From a virus (lineage: Duplodnaviria > Heunggongvirae > Uroviricota > Caudoviricetes): a stretch of 64,000 bases of DNA. Where the stretch lies: IMG/VR virus record IMGVR_UViG_3300042402_007287. One strand, 5' to 3'. Shown one piece after another: positions 26,909 to 35,363 of the stretch (positions within the stretch are counted from its first letter, which is position 1; each line of letters opens with the position of its first letter). Made by a program: the position numbers and the translations under genes. Under the pieces are notes generated by a model that saw only the letters and a program-made list of their open reading frames with translations, made no database searches and was not told the DNA's origin.

Positions 26909-28117
26909 GTGAATTGTAAAAAATATACTCTAACCAACACGGGTAACACTCTTGTAACATTTAGTTATAGAAAATGTGATTCAAGCGAATTTGAAAACCA
27001 AGTCCCACTCTTACCAAATCAAACAAAAAATGTTTGGGCAATTTACGATACCTTCTCTTTAAGTAATTTCTACGAAAATTCTTTAGTAATTAGTGAAGAA
27101 TGGTTTCAAAGGGATTTGAATAATTGTCCTACATGTAATGTAATAAATACCCCTTGTAATGGTCAAGTGGTAACAAGTAATGGTATACAAATAACTGGTT
27201 ATACTTTTAACTCAGTATGTTCAACTAATACATTTACCTATGGTCCAAACAACTACTCTTGTCAAGAAATCCCAATTACAATAAAACCTGGACCAGGAAC
27301 TGGTGTCGTGTCTTTCGGGTCAGGTGCAACTGTTACTTTTAGATTTAGTCAAGCCATCTCATCATTGATGTTCAATTCAGGTGTTTGGAATGGTGATGCT
27401 TTCCCGAATGGAGATAGAGTTACCATAACTTTAAACAATTCTCAAACTCCAATAATAACTCAATGTACAGGTTGTAATTTCAATATCAACAACGGTACAA
27501 TCACAGCGGTAAATACTGATGGATTAGCAAGATTTTTAGTTCAATCAACTTCCCCTTTCACAGAAATAACATTTTCATCTCCACCAAGTATACAATATGG
27601 CGGTGTAAGAATTAGTCTTTGTGAACTTACAAATGCAAACATTCCGACACCAACTCCTACAAGCCAAGCAACCGCAACTCCAACCCCGACTAGAACATCT
27701 ACACCAACCCCGTCAGTCACCGCAACACAAACTCAAACTCCTTCTGTTACCCCAACGATTGGACCTACACCTTCGGTAACTCCCACTAATACTACAACTC
27801 CCACAGTGACCCCAACAAATACTACGACACCTACAAATACCGCTACTCCGCCAACGACTCCACCCGTCACTCCAACAAATACAGGTACTCCAGCCGAAAC
27901 ACCGACAGTAACTCCAACTCCATCAATAACACCTTCTACGTGTGTTGGTTATGTATTGGATGCTGGTGGTGGAAGTGCATCAATAGAATGGTTCGATTGT
28001 GGTGGTAGTTATTTTACACAAACATTTAGTGGACAGCTCACCATATGTACGGATGGAAGTGGATATACAGTTACTATTGGTGCTGTTACGGTTGTTTCAG
28101 GACCATACCCTTGTTAA
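26909..28117 (+). CDS. Cys-containing N-terminal domain plus a long Thr/Pro-rich mucin-like linker and a small C-terminal domain
   Basis: About 110 residues of TPTPT/TPSVTPT repeats. Confidence 0.6.
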   Translation: MNCKKYTLTNTGNTLVTFSYRKCDSSEFENQVPLLPNQTKNVWAIYDTFSLSNFYENSLVISEEWFQRDLNNCPTCNVINTPCNGQVVTSNGIQITGYTFNSVCSTNTFTYGPNNYSCQEIPITIKPGPGTGVVSFGSGATVTFRFSQAISSLMFNSGVWNGDAFPNGDRVTITLNNSQTPIITQCTGCNFNINNGTITAVNTDGLARFLVQSTSPFTEITFSSPPSIQYGGVRISLCELTNANIPTPTPTSQATATPTPTRTSTPTPSVTATQTQTPSVTPTIGPTPSVTPTNTTTPTVTPTNTTTPTNTATPPTTPPVTPTNTGTPAETPTVTPTPSITPSTCVGYVLDAGGGSASIEWFDCGGSYFTQTFSGQLTICTDGSGYTVTIGAVTVVSGPYPC

Positions 28118-28120
28118 ATA

Positions 28121-28150
28121 AAAAACCCCAACCGTAGAGACGGTCAGGGT
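28121..28150 (-). terminator. minus-strand rho-independent terminator with no minus-strand CDS upstream of it
   Basis: In minus-strand RNA, ccctgaccgt-ctct-acggttgggg forms a full 10-bp stem with two G-U pairs, followed by a T-run. On the + strand the stem has two mismatches. Confidence 0.45.
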
Positions 28151-29440
28151 TAGGCGAAAACTCTGAGAATACAAGTCTTGACAAGAGTCTTTAGGAGGAT
28201 TATTTGGTTCCCTCTGTTTCCACTTCCTTTTGAGAAGTAACTCTCAGTCACGGTCAATTAGATTAACCAATCCTGAAGTTGTCTGCAACTCTCCCATTAC
28301 TCATCACTCTTCGACCCTGCCGAGCCAATTCATCCTTGCGGGATTAGAGAACTTTCGTGAAAATCGTGTCGGGCTTGGGACCCTTCACGGCAATGAACAT
28401 CTCATTACTATGTAGTGACCTGTCACACACAACTGACGAGCACTTTTCCTTGATTTAATTAATGTTTTGGACATTGCATAGACCAAAGTTGGTTTACGGA
28501 TTATGAAGGTAGTGGCCCGTCTGAAGCCAAGTCATCTTTTGAACGACCCGATACTAAACTACCCTCTGAAGTGTCCCCACCTCCATACTTCGAGTCAACT
28601 TCATAACAGACCTCTTGGTAGAGCATTTGCTAAGGTTCTATCAGCACCACCTGTAATAAAACTTACCTTTCGGTTTTTAAGTCAACTTTGATATTGAATG
28701 ACGCAATTGTGACAGTGGATACTACCACTTCTTACATCGATTCTACAGGTGATTCTTGTTGGTCTTCCGACCTCAACCAAACGACCCGAATCGCTTGGTC
28801 ACCACACCACGTTCCCTACAGTGTTACCCTCGGTACTAAAGGTGTTGTGATATCCTGCTTGCCTACTCGAGCTCCCTTTTGGAAACCGCGGGAACCACCA
28901 AACCAGGGGTTCCTACTTTATACTACTTTCGTAGTTTATTTAACGACCATAGGCGGCCAATATCTTGAATCAAAGAACTATCAAAGATTGAAGGAAACCG
29001 AAATATCTTTACTCCGAACATTCGGAAACGATTTCCCTCAATTGTCTTACAAAGATAAGAAGTCATTTTCAGACTGTCAAATTTTATAAGAGTTTTTTAT
29101 AAAAAATTTACAGGCTTTTTGTACCCTTTTGTACATCATGACCAACATATTCCTACATTGGTGGTTACATTTTCGTCGTTGGTTAATTACTCCTGACTTA
29201 TAGTAACTATACCCTCCCCGCTCTGATACCGCGAATCAAGACGGCGTCTTTGGGATTCATATACCGTGGGGTTCCACCACAGTCTTCACCTGTATTGTTG
29301 CGACGCCTTGGAATTGAACCAAGTTCAATTGGCTTATGAGACCAATGAGATACCTTACCTCCCGCTCGCCCTATAATAAAACTACTCAAGTCCCCGTGTC
29401 ACCATCCAAGTCATGCTCTGGTTGAACCTTGAGTAGAAAT
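28151..29440 (-). ncRNA. candidate large structured non-coding RNA, about 1.3 kb, GC-elevated and ORF-poor; the strand call rests on the terminator
   Basis: GC is roughly 45-50 percent by eye against about 33 percent around it. Only short, implausible ORFs. Many local hairpins. No recognisable rRNA, RNase P, tmRNA or tRNA signature. Confidence 0.3.
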
Positions 29441-29467
29441 ATGTTAAAGAACTTCTTTTGATAATAA

Positions 29468-29522
29468 AGTCCCACAAAGATAAGACATTTTTTTGAAACA
29501 CCAAACTTGTGGGACTTTTTTT
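29468..29522. terminator. hairpin agtcccacaa...ttgtgggact (10-bp stem, 29-nt loop) plus T7
   Basis: A and T runs on both sides. Lies between the GC island and the Nudix gene. Confidence 0.4.
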
Positions 29523-29756
29523 GAGACTTTTTCTGTCTCGTATGATTCAGGTTTTTTTACCAACCTCTCGGTTGAAAACTTGAATCTGTGGGGATGTTCA
29601 CCCTTTCGGGTAAGAACATATAAATATACCGAAAAGTGAAAAAAGTAACCTTTGGTGAAAATATTTTTTCAAAGATTTTTTTCTTTTTCTTCACGTAACT
29701 CAAACCAAATTACAATACCTGTGAAAACTAAACCAACAATCATATACCAAATCATA

Positions 29757-30167
29757 TCACATATTTTTTAAAAGATTGTATAGGTTCTCTCCAATTTTGG
29801 AAGGTGGCATTTCTTCGAGAGTATAATAACCACATTCAGTATGTTCTTCACCGTCAATCGCAATTGATAAATCAGGAATGAGTTTTTCAATTGGTTCTGT
29901 CTCAAAGACATGCATCTGACCCTTCAACTTCTTACCGTCTCTCGAATATCTTGGAATTACACCAACTTTGTTCAATGTTTCACTATCTATGTCAACAGCC
30001 ATTTCTTCAAAAAACTCTCTACGTGCTGTTTGGATGGGAGACTCGCCTTCCTCCATTGTACCTCCAGGAATTGACCAAACACCTGGATAATCTACTTTAG
30101 AACTTCTTTTACAAAATAAAATTTTCTTTTTGTGTTTTACCACTACACCCGCATAACTTTTTTTCAT
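29757..30167 (-). CDS. Nudix hydrolase
   Basis: Nudix box GGTMEEGESPIQTARREFFEEMAV (GX5EX7REUXEEXGU). Confidence 0.85.
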   Translation of the reverse strand: MKKSYAGVVVKHKKKILFCKRSSKVDYPGVWSIPGGTMEEGESPIQTARREFFEEMAVDIDSETLNKVGVIPRYSRDGKKLKGQMHVFETEPIEKLIPDLSIAIDGEEHTECGYYTLEEMPPSKIGENLYNLLKNM

Positions 30168-30181
30168 AGTATTTATTAAAT

Positions 30182-30532
30182 ATGATTGTAAAGATAAAAA
30201 ATAACGAATTTAAATCAAAGGTTTTGTTGGATAAAAAATCTCAAATGAAAGGGATGATGGGAAAAGTATTTGATGATGATTTTCAGGGATTGTTATTTCT
30301 TATGGGTGGAAAGGAACAATGTTTTTGGATGAAAAATTGTATTATTGATTTGGATATTATAATAATCAAAGATAATATTATAACAAAAATTCATCACGAT
30401 TGTCCTCCTTGTGAAGAGGATGATTGTATGTCTTATTGTGGTCCTGGAAATGTTGTGTTCGAGGTTCAGGGTGGGACCTGTTGGGATTTAGATATCAATG
30501 AAGGTGATAGGGTGGATTATGTAATAAGATAA
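30182..30532 (+). CDS. DUF192 domain protein
   Basis: KGMMGKVF...QGLLFLMGG...CFWMKNCIIDLDIIII fits the DUF192 pattern GLMfr...GMLF...fWMkNt.iPLDiiFi. Confidence 0.55.
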   Translation: MIVKIKNNEFKSKVLLDKKSQMKGMMGKVFDDDFQGLLFLMGGKEQCFWMKNCIIDLDIIIIKDNIITKIHHDCPPCEEDDCMSYCGPGNVVFEVQGGTCWDLDINEGDRVDYVIR

Positions 30533-30567
30533 TCTTTTGAAGATTTTAGTCAGAAATTCTAACCATT

Positions 30568-31980
30568 TTAGTGAATTTTGGATTTCAATGTTTTTTTGAA
30601 TTCTGATGCTAACATTTTAAGAAATTTAATGTATGGAGCATCTTCCTTTTCAGGGTCCCATCTATAGTTCCCTTGAGGCGGTCTCTTACTTCTACCTAAA
30701 TAATTTAAACCACTTATGTTTGTAATACATTTATGTCCACCTGACATGGACTGAAGTAGTTCCCAAGCATTGATTCCTAATTTGTCTAAAATATTTTTTT
30801 CTTCATCCGTAAGTTTAACAAAAGGTTTGTTCATCATTTCCTTTATTTGTGACAAAATTTCTTTACCACCTTGCATATATTGAATTTTACCACCATAAAG
30901 AGCATCAAAATCTTTAAATGTGAAACCTACACTTTCAGGGTTCACCGAAGTTTCACTAATCCATTTGATTGTTGATAAGGGTATTACCCTTGATTGTAAT
31001 TTATCTTTCCATTTTGATAAAACCTCTTGTGCAATTTCACCGAGATTCACACCTTTGAGTTCTCTATCTTTTTTGAATGGATTACACGAAACTTGTAACA
31101 ATCCCATAGGCCAAATCATAATCAAAAAATCCGCATCAGGATTGTTCTTGAAAGGGGTGTATCTGTCATAGGAACCTGCTTTCCTCATATCCCCACCACC
31201 GTACTGAGTTAAAATACTCCCATCTACTTCCAAACCATGATAAGATTTCATTCTTTGTGAATAATCTTGAGAATGGGATTGTAATTTTTCGGGTTGTTCA
31301 GCCCCTGTTTCTTTCATCCACTTTCTTATGTTCGTGAGAATCGAAAGCAGAGATGGCTCAGAATCCATTACAAGATTTTCCATAAACCCACGTCTGTTCT
31401 TGAAGGCTAAAATAAGTTTATTTATAACCAATCCCAAAAGCATTTTGTTCTTTTGTAGAGGTTTCTCTTTATCAAATCTAAAAATGTAATTTATTACATC
31501 CTCGGGAGTAATTTCATTTCTAGCGAAATCTGCAGAATCAACAGTGCTTATCAGACGTATGTCTGAAGATGGAAATAAATCTTTAGGTGAAACAATTTGA
31601 GATATTGTTTCAACGTTAGAACGAGCTTGTCTAAATGATTTGGATGTTTCTTTTTCAGCACCAACTTGTTTATCGTGGTGGTCCGTGTGAATTTTAAACA
31701 TCGGCTTCCCGTGAGCAAAATCGACTAGCACAGGCATCGTGTCACCTTCGGCATCATTTTTTTTTACAGCAAACTCTTTGTCACCATATTGAATTATATG
31801 TGCACCAACAACTTCAATCCCATTGTCCTCAAGATATTTTTTCATCGCTATAGCGGTAGTGACACCGTCTAAGTCTTGGTGAAAATAAATTTCGGCTTTG
31901 GGATATCTCTTCCTCAAAGCCGAAATGTCTCTTATACCTGTTTCTTTTAAAATTTTTTTCATCAATCCCAACCCATCCAA
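30568..31980 (-). CDS. DHH/DHHA1-family phosphoesterase (NrnA or RecJ-like nuclease / pAp-phosphatase family)
   Basis: Motif I HQDLDGVTTA, the DHH motif KIHTDHHDKQ, and a GGH/GGGD DHHA1-like motif near the C-terminus. Confidence 0.55.
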   Translation of the reverse strand: MDGLGLMKKILKETGIRDISALRKRYPKAEIYFHQDLDGVTTAIAMKKYLEDNGIEVVGAHIIQYGDKEFAVKKNDAEGDTMPVLVDFAHGKPMFKIHTDHHDKQVGAEKETSKSFRQARSNVETISQIVSPKDLFPSSDIRLISTVDSADFARNEITPEDVINYIFRFDKEKPLQKNKMLLGLVINKLILAFKNRRGFMENLVMDSEPSLLSILTNIRKWMKETGAEQPEKLQSHSQDYSQRMKSYHGLEVDGSILTQYGGGDMRKAGSYDRYTPFKNNPDADFLIMIWPMGLLQVSCNPFKKDRELKGVNLGEIAQEVLSKWKDKLQSRVIPLSTIKWISETSVNPESVGFTFKDFDALYGGKIQYMQGGKEILSQIKEMMNKPFVKLTDEEKNILDKLGINAWELLQSMSGGHKCITNISGLNYLGRSKRPPQGNYRWDPEKEDAPYIKFLKMLASEFKKTLKSKIH

Positions 31981-32327
31981 TGTAAGAATTTATCGAAAAT
32001 GTCACCTTCTTCAGCCATCAGTTTTTTTAACTTTTTTTGGTCTTCCTTCGGCATTTTCTCCCAAGTATTTATTTCCCAAACTCCATCCGCAGGATAAACT
32101 CCTATCATAGATTGGTATTTTGATATTGCCTGTGCCGTTTGAGAGGTCAAATTATTATCAGTTCTACCGTCAACGGTTAGAGGTTTTTTATTGTCTCCGG
32201 TAATTTTTTTATCAATTAAAAATCTTTGTATTGCTCTAATGAAACTTCTTGTTTCATTTTGTTCATTTATAACCCTTGTTACGATTCTTTCCAAATCTGT
32301 TTCGGTAAGTCTGACAATTTTCTTCAT
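31962..32327 (-). CDS. hypothetical protein with the N-terminal MKKIVRLTETDLERIVTRVINEQ motif
   Basis: 121-aa ORF. Confidence 0.5.
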   Translation of the reverse strand: MKKIVRLTETDLERIVTRVINEQNETRSFIRAIQRFLIDKKITGDNKKPLTVDGRTDNNLTSQTAQAISKYQSMIGVYPADGVWEINTWEKMPKEDQKKLKKLMAEEGDIFDKFLHWMGWD

Positions 32328-32701
32328 TAGTATTTAAGTGTTAAAAGGAATTTTGATTTATTTATCAATCCGAGCATCTCATCTCTGATATTCAACAAGT
32401 CAGTATCGTATTTTGGGTCCAATTCTTCAGACATAGAAACCAAAAATTCAACTATTCCATCGACAAAGTTCTGAATACTGAGACTTGATATATCTTGAAA
32501 CATCAAAGCAAACTCATCATCAAACTTAGGTCTACCATACTTTCCCATCATGGTTTCAGTAAACTCATCAATCAGGTCACCTAAACCATCGTAAATTTCT
32601 CCATAAACTCTGTGTTTAGCATCCCCAAAAGTTTGCCAATGTAAAAACTTCCATTGAAGTTGCATCTGAACGAGTTTCTTTATCAATTCTTCAGTCATCA
32701 A
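32327..32701 (-). CDS. hypothetical protein
   Basis: 124-aa ORF in an ATGA-type junction with the upstream gene. Confidence 0.45.
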   Translation of the reverse strand: MMTEELIKKLVQMQLQWKFLHWQTFGDAKHRVYGEIYDGLGDLIDEFTETMMGKYGRPKFDDEFALMFQDISSLSIQNFVDGIVEFLVSMSEELDPKYDTDLLNIRDEMLGLINKSKFLLTLKY

Positions 32702-32730
32702 AATAATTTAATTATAAATATACTGAAAAG

Positions 32731-32755
32731 AAAAAAAGGGGTATTACCCCTTTTC
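32731..32755. terminator. hairpin GGGG-tatta-CCCC flanked by an A-run and a T-run
   Basis: Overlaps the stop codon of the methyltransferase gene. Confidence 0.45.
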
Positions 32756-33598
32756 AAAATCAAGTTCAGGTTGGTTTTTTTTATCTATGAAATGTTGTAC
32801 TCGTTTTTGAGCGACTCCACAGTAGTTTTCACTAAGCTCGATACCAATCCAATTACGGTCGGAAATAACTGCAGCAACCAAACTTGTTCCACTACCAGCA
32901 AAAGGGTCAAGAACCAAATCATTTTTATAAGTTAAAATTTTTATTGCCTTTAAAGGAATATCTAATGAAAATGTTGCCTTTGTCAATTGTTTCGTGTCGG
33001 CAAAATAATCCCACTCCCCGTAAACTAAATCCATGAACTCTCTTTTCTGTTCTTCAGTATACATCATTTTAGTTCGGGTCTTTCCCTCTTCGTTGGTGAC
33101 CTCCTCAGGGATTCCTACCCACTCTGGTTGACCTTTTACTTTCTTTATGTGGTTTTTCTTGTACGCCAAAATAACACACTCCTTGGGGTTGTAAATGTAC
33201 GGTGCGGATGGTGACATCCAAGAACCCCATGCGGTGGTTTTACTCCTATGAGGAGAATTTTCTTTTAGGTCAACAATCCCGAAAAACTTGAATCCAATTA
33301 TCTGCATTATCCGCCAAAGTTCAGACGCCATGAAAATTCTTCCACCCTGACTCTGACGATTTATTTCATATGGAATGTTCAAAGCAATTCTCCCATCTTC
33401 CTTCAACACTCTGAAAGCTTCTGTCATCCAGTTTGTTGAAAACAATTTATAATCTTCAAAAGGGATGTCGTCTTCAAAAGTGTCATAATCGATTCCTACA
33501 CCATAGGGTGGAGATGTTACTATGAGGTCAATTGAATTTTCGGGAAATGTTTTCATAACCTCAATACAATCACCTTGATATATCTTATTAGTTTGCAT
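32744..33598 (-). CDS. DNA methyltransferase, N6-adenine or N4-cytosine (beta class; N-4/N-6 methylase domain)
   Basis: Motif IV IVTSPPYGVGIDYD comes before motif I DPFAGSGTSLVAA. Confidence 0.8.
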   Translation of the reverse strand: MQTNKIYQGDCIEVMKTFPENSIDLIVTSPPYGVGIDYDTFEDDIPFEDYKLFSTNWMTEAFRVLKEDGRIALNIPYEINRQSQGGRIFMASELWRIMQIIGFKFFGIVDLKENSPHRSKTTAWGSWMSPSAPYIYNPKECVILAYKKNHIKKVKGQPEWVGIPEEVTNEEGKTRTKMMYTEEQKREFMDLVYGEWDYFADTKQLTKATFSLDIPLKAIKILTYKNDLVLDPFAGSGTSLVAAVISDRNWIGIELSENYCGVAQKRVQHFIDKKNQPELDFEKG

Positions 33599-33999
33599 TA
33601 TAATTTTCCTTCTTTTTTTAATTCTTCTCTAATTTTTGTTGCAGATATCTCCCCAACCTCTTGAGGTGGTATGTGTTCGATTATATCATAACCAACACCT
33701 CTACCAAAATTGACAGATTCGATATCAGGTATAATCATAACTTTTACTTTCTCGTCGGTCAAATATTTCCACAACTCTTTTTTGATATTGGATTCAACTT
33801 CTTGAGCACTAAAAGGATTTTTATCATCAGGTTGAATATCTCTTATACAAATTAAAACATTTTTTCCTTCGTTCAGACATTCATCCACAATCCATCGATG
33901 TCCCCCGTGAAATGGTTGGAACCGTCCCACAAACATAGAATATTGCTTACCTCCAGTATTTTTTAATTTCGGGTCACCCTCAACGTGAATTTTTCGCAT
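33598..33999 (-). CDS. cytidylyltransferase-like nucleotidyltransferase; closest to archaeal/bacterial NadM-type NMN adenylyltransferase
   Basis: GRFQPFHGGH (the HxGH motif) followed by a short alpha/beta body. Resembles M. jannaschii NMNAT GRFQPFHKGH. Confidence 0.55.
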   Translation of the reverse strand: MRKIHVEGDPKLKNTGGKQYSMFVGRFQPFHGGHRWIVDECLNEGKNVLICIRDIQPDDKNPFSAQEVESNIKKELWKYLTDEKVKVMIIPDIESVNFGRGVGYDIIEHIPPQEVGEISATKIREELKKEGKL

Positions 34000-34420
34000 A
34001 ATCTAAAACTTTTTTTGCTGACTCAACTATACTTTCATTGGTTGTATCAATCTCAAGATAGTTTTCTGTTGGTTCATTGTATTCTTTAACAAAGAATTGT
34101 TCTCTACCTCTTTTTTCTGATGTATGAACGTAGACTTCTCTCAAATCATCCCCCATCTTTTCCTTGAACCTATCCCTTTGGTCTTTATATGGGGAAACTA
34201 AAGATACTAAAACATCAACTCCCTGGTTGTGAAGATATTGAGATATTTGTTGAGCAAGTTCAATATTCTTTCTTCTACCTGTTTTAGAGTAATCTTTATT
34301 GTCAAATAAATCTCTTAGGTCATCCCCATCAACATGGAAAAACTCTGTGTGAATAGACATAATCTGTTCACAGATAGTTGTTTTACCCGAACCAGGTTGA
34401 CCTGTTAGCCAAATAATCAT
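33980..34420 (-). CDS. cysC: adenylyl-sulfate (APS) kinase-like P-loop kinase
   Basis: IWLTGQPGSGKTTI, VDGDDLR, RRKNIELAQQISQYLHNQGVDVLVSLVSPYKDQRDRFKE and YNEP align with CysC [55 protein letters not shown] and YEAP. Confidence 0.65.
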   Translation of the reverse strand: MIIWLTGQPGSGKTTICEQIMSIHTEFFHVDGDDLRDLFDNKDYSKTGRRKNIELAQQISQYLHNQGVDVLVSLVSPYKDQRDRFKEKMGDDLREVYVHTSEKRGREQFFVKEYNEPTENYLEIDTTNESIVESAKKVLDYAKNSR

Positions 34421-34641
34421 TTTTCCAAATTTTTAATTCTTCTATCTAAATAAAATTGAGCCTTTTTAAGGTCTTCTAGTTCTTTAGAGGGGTCTTTGAT
34501 ACCGGCACGAGCAATATATTTTACAACATTGAACAAATATGCGTCCTTATCTAAACCCCACGCTTCACAAACTTTTATCACCTCATAGGGATTATCCGCA
34601 CCACCGTAGTGAATCGGTCCATTGACCATTTCAGTATTCAT
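34417..34641 (-). CDS. DUF3310-family phage protein
   Basis: HYGGADNPYEVIKV...NVVKYIARAGIKD...EDLKKAQFYL fits the DUF3310 pattern. Confidence 0.5.
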   Translation of the reverse strand: MNTEMVNGPIHYGGADNPYEVIKVCEAWGLDKDAYLFNVVKYIARAGIKDPSKELEDLKKAQFYLDRRIKNLEK

Positions 34642-34647
34642 ATATTT

Positions 34648-35349
34648 TTATTTTTTCCAAGAATTTTTATCGTAACCTAAGATTTCAAAATAATTTTGAG
34701 TGTTATAAAAAACTAAATCAGCCATTGATTGATTATAATAATCTTTCCAATCAACTTCAAACTTTGATTTATTTATTTTTTTATTACAGAATTCTTCCAA
34801 AAGTCCTGATTTATAATAATCACTTTTAACAACGAAAGGAATTTTGGAATAGTCCTCGAACAAATTTTCAACTCTAACAAAATAATCAGGGATTCTATCG
34901 TGAAAAGTTACACAATCGAAATTTGTATGATGAAATATTTGTGTTTCTAAAAAATCATCAAAATTTTCGATTGTTGCTTCATCCTTTTTTGCCATTATAT
35001 AGAAAGAAACATATCTTGAGTAGGGATTTCTAGCCGTAGCTAACATCTTATAATCATGGTGCCCTTCAAATAATTGACAAGTGTGTTGCTGAGTGATTCC
35101 TTTAGATAAAAAACTTCTTTTACCGCCATCGAACATATAAAAATTGAAACCAAAATATTTCATATTTTGTTTCAAATGGGACGTGCCGGTTTTAGCCCAC
35201 AACCAAAGAAAAGTTTTGTGTTCCTCTGAAATATTCAGCCCATAATTATTTTCTATCTCCCCACTTTTTTTGCATGTACTGCACGTATCTGTCTTGTTTG
35301 TTTCCATTGTAGAGAAAATAGGCAACGTAGTAATCAAAATACCACTCAA
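34648..35349 (-). CDS. sulfotransferase-family protein
   Basis: The 5-prime PSB-like motif WAKTGTS and a strong 3-prime PB motif ARNPYSRYVSFY (RNPxDxxVSxY). Confidence 0.6.
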   Translation of the reverse strand: MSGILITTLPIFSTMETNKTDTCSTCKKSGEIENNYGLNISEEHKTFLWLWAKTGTSHLKQNMKYFGFNFYMFDGGKRSFLSKGITQQHTCQLFEGHHDYKMLATARNPYSRYVSFYIMAKKDEATIENFDDFLETQIFHHTNFDCVTFHDRIPDYFVRVENLFEDYSKIPFVVKSDYYKSGLLEEFCNKKINKSKFEVDWKDYYNQSMADLVFYNTQNYFEILGYDKNSWKK

Positions 35350-35363
35350 GTTTTTTGAAAAAT

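Noticed and set aside
29290-29320. tRNA-like T-arm (cttggTTCAATTccaag on the minus strand)
   Set aside because: It is part of a perfect 8-bp palindrome AATTGAAC-ttg-GTTCAATT. No matching acceptor or anticodon arms could be built around it.
28151-29440. Possibility that the GC-rich island is an rRNA, RNase P or tmRNA fragment
   Set aside because: None of the universal motifs checked by eye is present: 16S 515/785 regions, 23S sarcin-ricin or GTPase-centre motifs, RNase P GGAAAGTCCGG, or the tmRNA tag reading frame. It is kept only as an unclassified ncRNA candidate.
33661-33855. Short + strand ORFs embedded in well-supported minus-strand genes, for example 33661..33855, 17040..17290 and 21172..21510
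   Set aside because: They lie antisense to genes with clear homology (NMNAT-like, Glf, 20728..21531) and have no support.
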